Assembly (NCBI GenBank): GCA_020723165.1
Contig: DYJK01000004.1
Span: 3,270 to 67,269 of the forward strand
Reading direction: 5' to 3'
Source: Melioribacter roseus
Lineage (GTDB): Bacteria; Bacteroidota; Ignavibacteria; Ignavibacteriales; Melioribacteraceae
Length of the DNA stretch: 64,000 nucleotides
Translations under genes and position numbers: made by a program
Notes under the pieces: model-generated
Seen by the model: only the letters and a program-made list of their open reading frames with translations
The model's database searches: none
Told to the model about the DNA's origin: nothing
Shown here: positions 57,007 through 64,000 of the stretch, piece after piece
Layout of the letters: each line of letters begins with the position of its first letter
Numbering within the stretch: the first letter of the stretch is position 1

Positions 57007-59259
57007 ATGGCATTTAATCGAGAAGAGGCATTAAAGTATCATAGTGAAGGTAGAAAAGGAAAAATTGAAGTAGTTCCTACCAAGCCATGTTATACTGCAC
57101 GCGAATTATCACTTGCCTACACACCGGGCGTTGCTGAGCCGTGTAGAGATATTGAGAAGAACGATGACGATGTCTATAAGTATACCGCTAAAGGAAATTT
57201 AGTTGCCGTTGTTTCTAATGGAACCGCTGTTTTAGGTCTTGGCGATATTGGTCCGCATGCCGGTAAACCGGTTATGGAAGGTAAGGGTGTTCTATTTAAA
57301 AGATTTGCTGACATCGATGTATTCGACATTGAACTTAAAACACATGATGCAAAAGAAGTTATTCGTGCTGTTCAACTTCTTGAACCGACTTTTGGTGGAA
57401 TTAATCTAGAAGATATTAAAGCACCGGAATGTTTTGAGATTGAAGAAGAGTTAATCAAGACTATGAATATCCCGGTATTTCATGACGATCAACATGGCAC
57501 GGCAATTATTTCTTGTGCTGCATTAATTAACGCAGTTGAAATTGCCGGTAAAAAATTGGGTCAGGTAAAAATAGTTGTTTCCGGTGCCGGTGCTGCGGCT
57601 ATATCTTGCTGTAAATTATATGTAGCTGCCGGCGCAAAAGTTGAAAATATTTCTATGTTTGATACCAAAGGTCATATCAATAAAAAGAGAACAGACCTAA
57701 ATAAGTATAAAGCATTATTTGCACAAGATGTTGAATACAAAGATTTGGCCGATGGCATGAAAGGTGCCGATGTATTTGTCGGGTTATCAAAAGGAAATGT
57801 TGTATCTAAAGAAATGGTTAAAAGCATGGCAAAGCATCCAGTAGTCTTTGCAATGGCAAATCCTGATCCTGAAATATCATACGAAGATGGAGTAGATGCA
57901 CGTAAAGATATTATTATGGCAACCGGAAGAAGTGATTACCCGAATCAAGTAAACAATGTGCTTGGCTTTCCTTTTATTTTCCGTGGTGCTTTGGATGTAC
58001 GCGCGAAGAAAATTAATGAAGAAATGAAAATGGCTGCTACGCGTGCACTTGCACAGTTAGCAAGGGAAAAAGTACCCGAAGCTGTAATCAATGCTTATGG
58101 CGGAAAAGAATTTTCGTTTGGTCAGGAATATATTATACCAAAACCATTCGATCCGCGTGTACTTTGGTATGTTGCACCGGCTGTTGCTAAAGCTGCAATG
58201 GATACCGGAGTTGCAAAACAGCCAATCGAAAACTGGACTGCTTACAAAGAACAACTTCAAGAACGTCTCGGATTCTCAACTGAAATTGTTCGTGTTATGG
58301 TTCATAAAGCACAGAAGAGCCCCAAAAAAGTTGTTTACCCGGAAGGTGAAGAAGAAAAAATAATCCGTGCCGCTAATACGGCGTATGATGAAAATATTGC
58401 CTCACCGATACTTCTTGGTAATGAAAAAGTTATTTCAACCAGGATACAAGATTTAGGATACGATCCATCGAAATTTGAAATAGTTGATCCTGAGAATTCT
58501 CATAAAGCCGGTCTGTATGCCGATGAGTTCTATAAACTGCGGCAAAGAAAAGGGATTACACCCCGCGAAGCTAAATTATTAATGAGACAGCCGAATTACT
58601 TTGGTTCGATGATGCTTCAGGTAGGAGATGCCGATGCATTAATTGGCGGACTTACTTATCATTATCCCCAGACAATAAAACCGGCTCTGCAATGTATTGG
58701 TGTAAAAGAAGGTTTGAAAGTTGTATCGGGAATGTACGTTGTTATTATTAAGAGGAAAGTATTTTTCTTTGCAGATGCAACTGTTAATGTTGACCCCACA
58801 TCAGAACAGCTTGCGGAAATAGCCATAAGCACTGCCGATGCGGTTAAGAAATTTGATATTGTACCAAAGATAGCAATGCTTTCTTTCAGCAATTTTGGGT
58901 CTGCCGAGTATCCCCAATCGATTAAAGTAGCTAACGCTGTAAAAATTGTTAAAGAGAAAAGACCGGATTTGATGATCGATGGTGAAATGCAAGCCGATAC
59001 TGCTGTAGTACCTGAAAGATTGGAACATGAATTCCCATTCTCTACATTGAAAGGAAATGCGAATGTTCTCATATTCCCGAATCTCGATGCCGGAAATATT
59101 GCTTACAAACTCTTCCAGAGACTAACAGACGCAACTGTGATAGGACCAATCTTAATGGGAATGAAAAAACCGGTACATGTTATTCAGCGCGGTGATACCG
59201 TCAGTGATATTGTTAACATGACCGCGGTTGCTGTTGTTGAAGCGGAAAGTATTAAGTAA
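57007..59259 (+). CDS. maeB: NADP-dependent malic enzyme (malic enzyme + PTA-like domain), MaeB type
   Basis: 750 aa. [39 protein letters not shown], and a C-terminal domain of about 330 aa resembling phosphate acetyltransferase. Confidence 0.92.
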   Translation: MAFNREEALKYHSEGRKGKIEVVPTKPCYTARELSLAYTPGVAEPCRDIEKNDDDVYKYTAKGNLVAVVSNGTAVLGLGDIGPHAGKPVMEGKGVLFKRFADIDVFDIELKTHDAKEVIRAVQLLEPTFGGINLEDIKAPECFEIEEELIKTMNIPVFHDDQHGTAIISCAALINAVEIAGKKLGQVKIVVSGAGAAAISCCKLYVAAGAKVENISMFDTKGHINKKRTDLNKYKALFAQDVEYKDLADGMKGADVFVGLSKGNVVSKEMVKSMAKHPVVFAMANPDPEISYEDGVDARKDIIMATGRSDYPNQVNNVLGFPFIFRGALDVRAKKINEEMKMAATRALAQLAREKVPEAVINAYGGKEFSFGQEYIIPKPFDPRVLWYVAPAVAKAAMDTGVAKQPIENWTAYKEQLQERLGFSTEIVRVMVHKAQKSPKKVVYPEGEEEKIIRAANTAYDENIASPILLGNEKVISTRIQDLGYDPSKFEIVDPENSHKAGLYADEFYKLRQRKGITPREAKLLMRQPNYFGSMMLQVGDADALIGGLTYHYPQTIKPALQCIGVKEGLKVVSGMYVVIIKRKVFFFADATVNVDPTSEQLAEIAISTADAVKKFDIVPKIAMLSFSNFGSAEYPQSIKVANAVKIVKEKRPDLMIDGEMQADTAVVPERLEHEFPFSTLKGNANVLIFPNLDAGNIAYKLFQRLTDATVIGPILMGMKKPVHVIQRGDTVSDIVNMTAVAVVEAESIK

Positions 59260-59288
59260 ACAGCACTTGTAATATTTAATTATTTAAT

Positions 59289-59314
59289 AAGCGCCCATTT
59301 GGGCGCTTTTTTTT
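59289..59314 (+). terminator. rho-independent terminator after maeB
   Basis: AAGCGCCCATTTGGGCGCTTTTTTTT. Confidence 0.85.
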
Positions 59315-59363
59315 ATATTATCTACATATTTTTTATAAAAACAGAGAACCGGCGTAATTATTA

Positions 59364-59990
59364 ATGCTGCGGAATGTATTATATATAAGCGCAAGTATCG
59401 TAATCTTTTTTGTCGGTTTGATTGTATATGGTATTATTTTAAATCTTAGGGAACAATCCTTAGAAGAAGCATTAAAAGAAAAAGGAATAAGCCGTATTGA
59501 AAATGTGAAGCTCGTTATCAGCAGAAAAAATTATCACCTTGAACTCTATTCTAATAAATTACTTGTAAAATCTTATAAAGCAGTTTTTGGAAAAAATAAC
59601 AGTACAATTAAGATATCTAAAAATGATTTGGTAACCCCGATGGGTGATTATAAAATTTGTGCGATTGATACTAATTCAAAATTTCATAAGTACTTACATT
59701 TAAATTATCCGAATGATAAAGATGCAGCCGAAGCTTTGAAACAAGGTTATATAAATAATGATGAATTTGATGCGGTTAATCTTGCATATAAGAAAAATGA
59801 ATGTCCGCCGGATGAAACGTCGCTCGGCTCAAATATTGGGATTCATGGAATAGGTGAGTATGATCTTATATTCAGAAATCTTCCGTTTATTTTCAACTGG
59901 ACGGATGGATCTATTGCCGTGAGCAACAAAAGTATTGACGAACTATTTTCGGTTGTTAAAGTTGGAACGCCGGTAAAAATCACATATTGA
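59364..59990 (+). CDS. L,D-transpeptidase (YkuD/YafK-like) family protein with Ser at the expected catalytic Cys position
   Basis: 208 aa. N-terminal TM segment, then FGKNNSTIKISKNDLVTPMGDYKI...LNYPNDKD...GIHGIG...NWTDGSIAVSNKSIDELF...GTPVKI. Family members normally read ...WT.GCIA(V/L).N... Confidence 0.6.
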   Translation: MLRNVLYISASIVIFFVGLIVYGIILNLREQSLEEALKEKGISRIENVKLVISRKNYHLELYSNKLLVKSYKAVFGKNNSTIKISKNDLVTPMGDYKICAIDTNSKFHKYLHLNYPNDKDAAEALKQGYINNDEFDAVNLAYKKNECPPDETSLGSNIGIHGIGEYDLIFRNLPFIFNWTDGSIAVSNKSIDELFSVVKVGTPVKITY

Positions 59991-60002
59991 CGATATTAAA
60001 AA

Positions 60003-62126
60003 TTGAAACTTAAAACCTTCTACATACTATTTATAGTCTTCACTTCTTATATTTTTTCACAAAATAATAAAGGTTATGAACTGAAGAGTATAGAATTTGT
60101 AGGTAACAATTCGATTTCATCTACCGAATTGGAATCTGTAATTATTTCAAAGGAATCACCGGGCTGGTTTTCGCAGTTTATAAATAAATTCACACCATTT
60201 GGAGAACCGCTTATTCTTTTTGATTCACTGAATATACCCCCGGATCTTGCCGCTATAAAAAATCTCTATAATTCTAAAGGATTTTTTAAGGTAAAAGTTA
60301 ATTATAATTATTCTTTAAGTGAAGATGAAGCCGGGCTAGTTTATGTTATCAACGAATCCGATCCGGCATATTTTGAATCGATTGAAATTAACGGATTGAA
60401 TAATATACCGGGAGAATATTTAGAAAATATCACCGATTATGTTAAGACCGATACAACTACTATTTATTCAAATAATATTCTTGAGAACAAAAAGAATTAT
60501 ACAATTACATTTTTACGTGATCATGGATTTATGCTTGCAGCGTATGATAAACCGAATGTCTACGTTGATACTATACGGAATAAGGTAAAAGTTCAAATTA
60601 ATTTTGATACCGGGAAAAGATACACTATTGGAGATATTTTCACATTTAGAACCGGAGAAGGGATGTATCTCGTTGATGACCAGCTGCTCAAAGATATTGT
60701 TGGAATTAAACCGGGTGATACCTATAGTTATTTTGATATTCAACGCGGACAAGTAAGACTTTACCGGACTGAACTATTTAATTCTGCCGTGATCAACAGC
60801 GTTATTTCCGATACAAGCGGAAGCACAGTGCCGTTGAGTATCAGTACTGATGTCGGCAGACTGCACGAACTTTCACCAGAAATTATTGCTAACAACGAAG
60901 ACAACACTTTTAATCTCGGTCTTGGTTTAAGTTTTGTAAAAAAGAATTTTTTTGGCGAAGCAAGAAAATTTACCGCCGGAATTTCAGCGGCAGCACAGAA
61001 TATTTCCGAGTTTATCAAAAATCCTTCTTTTAATGATTCGACTGTTTTCGGTTACACTGATGCGCGCGTTTCAATTGAACAGCCGTATCTGCTCGATAAA
61101 CCGATTAACACAGTGCTCGAAGCATATTACACTCTGCAGAAAAGAAAAGAAGGTTACGATTCACGTCTTTATGGTTCAAAAATAAGTTTTGATTTCGAAC
61201 TGCCACAGTTTACTTACTTTAATTCCTTCAACGCGTATTTTAATATTGAGCGAGCCGAGTACACTTACAAGCGACCTTATTTGATAAGTCTTCTCAGCAG
61301 TAATGTTAGAAACTTCTCGGCTGATCCTATTTCGAAAGATGATGCAGATTCGATCGCCGCGAAATATATCGATAGTTTATTTACAGGCGAGCCGGTTTCA
61401 AAGAGTACGAACGAGTTGATCGGGTTTTCGCTCGGTTCGAACAATACAAATGATTTACTCTTTCCAACATCGGGTTACAACTTATCGCTCGTAATTGAAA
61501 ATGCAAATTCCATTTCGTATTTAATCGGTAAAATTTTTAACTTGGGATTTACACGACCGCTTTACCTGAAAGTGATTGCAACTTCATCGTTTTATCTCCC
61601 GGTTTACTCGTCAAATGTTAATTCACTTGGAGTGAAATTTAAAGTTGGAAACATTTTTAATTACAGCGGCGATAAAGCACAAATTTCTTTGAATCAAAGA
61701 TTATATGCCGGAGGCAGTAACTCCGTTAGAGGATGGGGCACAAGAGAATTAACTCCGCAAGAAGAAATTTTTGATATCAAAAATGTTTCGCAAGAAGACC
61801 TCGAGGCAATTTTGTTGAAAGGTGCGGCAACCGGCGGATTCTTTTTATTTGAAGGTTCTATTGAAACACGAAACAGACTTTTTGGAAAATTCGGCACCGC
61901 TCTTTTTTTAGATTACGGTAATACATGGAATGATTTTAATGAATTCCGGCTTGATCAAATAGCTGTTGCCGGGGGTTTTGGACTAAGATATTATTCAGAT
62001 TTTGCCCCATTTCGTATCGATTTTGGTCTAAAACTGATCGATCCGAAAGACAGAAGAAACATTACAGATAAAGTTTTTTGGAAAGATGTTCTTCAATTTC
62101 ATATCGGGATCGGTGAAGCATTTTAG
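60003..62126 (+). CDS. Omp85-family outer-membrane protein (POTRA + bacterial surface antigen barrel; TamA/BamA-like)
   Basis: 707 aa. Signal peptide, then a POTRA-like N-terminus (YELKSIEFVGNNSISSTELES). The C-terminal barrel has RLYAGGSNSVRGW and ends ...FHIGIGEAF. Confidence 0.75.
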   Translation: MKLKTFYILFIVFTSYIFSQNNKGYELKSIEFVGNNSISSTELESVIISKESPGWFSQFINKFTPFGEPLILFDSLNIPPDLAAIKNLYNSKGFFKVKVNYNYSLSEDEAGLVYVINESDPAYFESIEINGLNNIPGEYLENITDYVKTDTTTIYSNNILENKKNYTITFLRDHGFMLAAYDKPNVYVDTIRNKVKVQINFDTGKRYTIGDIFTFRTGEGMYLVDDQLLKDIVGIKPGDTYSYFDIQRGQVRLYRTELFNSAVINSVISDTSGSTVPLSISTDVGRLHELSPEIIANNEDNTFNLGLGLSFVKKNFFGEARKFTAGISAAAQNISEFIKNPSFNDSTVFGYTDARVSIEQPYLLDKPINTVLEAYYTLQKRKEGYDSRLYGSKISFDFELPQFTYFNSFNAYFNIERAEYTYKRPYLISLLSSNVRNFSADPISKDDADSIAAKYIDSLFTGEPVSKSTNELIGFSLGSNNTNDLLFPTSGYNLSLVIENANSISYLIGKIFNLGFTRPLYLKVIATSSFYLPVYSSNVNSLGVKFKVGNIFNYSGDKAQISLNQRLYAGGSNSVRGWGTRELTPQEEIFDIKNVSQEDLEAILLKGAATGGFFLFEGSIETRNRLFGKFGTALFLDYGNTWNDFNEFRLDQIAVAGGFGLRYYSDFAPFRIDFGLKLIDPKDRRNITDKVFWKDVLQFHIGIGEAF

Positions 62127-62231
62127 TACCGATATTTCTTATTGGATTTGTACTTAACATAAGTGTATTATCCCCTTTGTTTAACACGCCATTTTTGAGT
62201 AAATTTGTTGTCACTTTTTCCGAGGATAGTA

Positions 62232-63107
62232 ATGATTTCCAGTATGACCGGTTACGGCAAAGGACTAATACAAAATGGGGAGTTGGTTGTAGAAGCTGAA
62301 ATAAAAAGTTTGAACAGCCGATACCTCGATTTGTCGTTACGTCTGCCTAAGTCTTTATCAGCCAAAGAATTAGAGGTAAGAGAAAAAGTAAGAAGCAGAA
62401 TAAAACGCGGTAAAATTTATCTTTCTGTTACTGTACGGAAGGGTGATTTTGAAGACCGGTTTAATGAGATTGATCCTAATTATGTAAAATATGCCTTAAA
62501 GTTGCTGAAGGATATTAAAAAGGCAGCCGGAATTAAGGATAAAATTAAAATTAGCGATCTCCTTAATTTCCAAAATATGTTTTTTAAAGAGGATGAAGAA
62601 AAAGCTTCGGAAGAAATGCCTTTTATTGAGCAAGCGATTGATAAAGCAATTGATAATATGAATAAAATGCGTGAGGCTGAAGGAAGTGAACTGGAAAAAG
62701 ATATCCGCAAAAGGATTCAAATTATTTATGATATTGTTGACGAAATTGAAAAAAAGAAAGAACAAGGTATTAATGAATATTTTGTAAAATTTAAAGATAA
62801 AGCCAGGCAGCTTGTTGGTGATTTAGTTGATAATGAAAACCGCTTGTTAACAGAATTAGCTTTACTTTCGGAAAGATATGATGTAACAGAAGAATGTGTA
62901 CGGCTAAAAAGTCATCTAAAAATATTTTTGGATACTTTGGATCAAACAGACGATGCCGGTAGAAGACTGAATTTTATTTTGCAAGAGATGAACCGTGAAG
63001 CTAATACAATTAACAGTAAGTCGGTATCATCGGATATTTCCCATTCGGGAATTTATATAAAGGAAGAGATTGAAAAAATCCGCGAACAAATTCAAAACAT
63101 CGAGTGA
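62232..63107 (+). CDS. yicC: YicC-family stress-induced protein
   Basis: MISSMTGYGKG...KSLNSRYLDLSLRLP...LQEMNREANTINSK. Start moved to the ATG at 62232, after GAGGA. Confidence 0.85.
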   Translation: MISSMTGYGKGLIQNGELVVEAEIKSLNSRYLDLSLRLPKSLSAKELEVREKVRSRIKRGKIYLSVTVRKGDFEDRFNEIDPNYVKYALKLLKDIKKAAGIKDKIKISDLLNFQNMFFKEDEEKASEEMPFIEQAIDKAIDNMNKMREAEGSELEKDIRKRIQIIYDIVDEIEKKKEQGINEYFVKFKDKARQLVGDLVDNENRLLTELALLSERYDVTEECVRLKSHLKIFLDTLDQTDDAGRRLNFILQEMNREANTINSKSVSSDISHSGIYIKEEIEKIREQIQNIE

Positions 63108-63110
63108 AAA

Positions 63111-63686
63111 TTGGCAAGTAAATCAAAATTGTTTGTATTCTCTGCGCCAAGCGGATCAGGTAAAACAACTATCGTTCGCGATATTTTAAAGTGTTTCCCG
63201 GATTTTAAATTTTCTGTCTCCGCTACAACAAGGAAGAAAAGAAATTCTGAAATTGATGGTATCGATTATCATTTTATTAGTGAAGAAGATTTTAAAAGAA
63301 AAATTGATAGTAATGAATTTGTTGAGTGGGAAAAATTCTACGACTACTATTATGGTACTTTGAAATCGGTTATTGATAATAATAATCGGAATGGCTTCAA
63401 TACTGTCTTTGAAGTGGATGTTAAAGGTGCATTAAGCATAAAAAGAGCTTATCCAAATTCCGTTTTGATTTTTATTGCGCCGCCTAGCATAGAGGAATTA
63501 AAGAAACGACTATTAAATCGAAATACTGAAACAGACGTTGATTTTAAAAAGAGAATTGAAAGAGCTGAGATGGAATTGAGTTTTAAAGATAAATTTGATT
63601 ATGTTGTTTCTAATATTGACCTTGATTATGCGAAAAAAGAAGTAAAAAAAATTATTGAAAATGAATTAACTAAGGAGGACAAATGA
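63111..63686 (+). CDS. gmk: guanylate kinase
   Basis: 191 aa. FSAPSGSGKTT, SATTRKKR..E..G.DYHF. Confidence 0.92.
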   Translation: MASKSKLFVFSAPSGSGKTTIVRDILKCFPDFKFSVSATTRKKRNSEIDGIDYHFISEEDFKRKIDSNEFVEWEKFYDYYYGTLKSVIDNNNRNGFNTVFEVDVKGALSIKRAYPNSVLIFIAPPSIEELKKRLLNRNTETDVDFKKRIERAEMELSFKDKFDYVVSNIDLDYAKKEVKKIIENELTKEDK

Positions 63687-63979
63687 TAAAACCATTGAAT
63701 TTAAATACGATAAAAGAGAAAATACCGAATCTCTATGAGGCCGTTATCGTTGCTTCAAGACGTGCACGTAAAATCAATGACGATAACAAAACCGAATTCA
63801 ATGCAGTTCTTGGAACTATCAGCTCTGGTCATGATGATGATTTTGAAGATAGAGAAAACCCGGAACAATTGAAGCTTTCGCTTGAATTTGAGAAGCGTGA
63901 AAAGCCGCATATCCAGAGTATTAAAGAACTTCTTCAAAACAGTATAGAATTTCGTTATAAATCCGAAAAGGATAAGTAA
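63683..63979 (+). CDS. rpoZ: DNA-directed RNA polymerase omega subunit
   Basis: 98 aa. NLYEAVIVASRRARKIN. Overlaps the gmk stop by 4 nt. Canonical gmk-rpoZ order. Confidence 0.8.
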   Translation: MIKPLNLNTIKEKIPNLYEAVIVASRRARKINDDNKTEFNAVLGTISSGHDDDFEDRENPEQLKLSLEFEKREKPHIQSIKELLQNSIEFRYKSEKDK

Positions 63980-64000
63980 ACTTTCCGGTTACTGAAATTA

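Noticed and set aside
59364-62126. L,D-transpeptidase-like gene plus Omp85-family gene as a TamA/TamB-type translocation module
   Set aside because: No TamB-like (DUF490) gene follows the Omp85 gene; yicC comes next. The adjacency alone does not support calling a system.

Overview
AT-rich bacterial chromosome segment, almost fully coding and dominated by housekeeping genes. Recognisable genes include eno, glnA, hisS, a sufBCDS cluster, rplM-rpsI, rpsB-tsf-pyrH-frr, maeB, an Omp85-family gene, yicC-gmk-rpoZ, and a crcB-DUF190 pair behind a fluoride riboswitch. Two large secreted proteins end in the '(L)EQNYPNPFNP...' C-terminal sorting domain of type IX secretion, and a bacilliredoxin sits in the suf cluster. 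Together these suggest the FCB group, Ignavibacteriota/Chlorobi-like, but that is inference only. No CRISPR array, integrase, transposase, prophage or recognisable defence system was seen. Observations worth a second look: (1) The best candidate for a new system is a same-strand run of 13 genes (6509-22857), 12 tightly packed and one separated by a 128-nt gap. It opens with an orphan BtuF-like binding protein and a GntR/HutC regulator. It then carries a complete ECF importer with a PurM-superfamily kinase-like gene and an ADP-ribosylglycohydrolase-family gene translationally coupled into it. These are followed by a secreted PHP phosphoesterase, two TonB-dependent receptors, a short-form SAH hydrolase, a NupC transporter and an adenosine deaminase. 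A macro-domain gene is transcribed divergently. This looks like an undescribed salvage pathway for a ribosylated or adenosylated cofactor; the substrate is unknown. (2) A LytTR two-component system is followed by LytTR-type direct repeats upstream of a 2106-aa T9SS adhesin-like gene. (3) GC-rich hairpin (REP/MITE-like) elements fill the suf intergenic gaps, supply the sufD stop codon, and appear inside a decayed tRNA-Arg paralogue. (4) A 14-unit heptanucleotide array abuts a transporter start codon. (5) An L,D-transpeptidase-family gene has Ser where the catalytic Cys is expected. All calls come from reading the sequence and ORF translations by eye; no searches were run.
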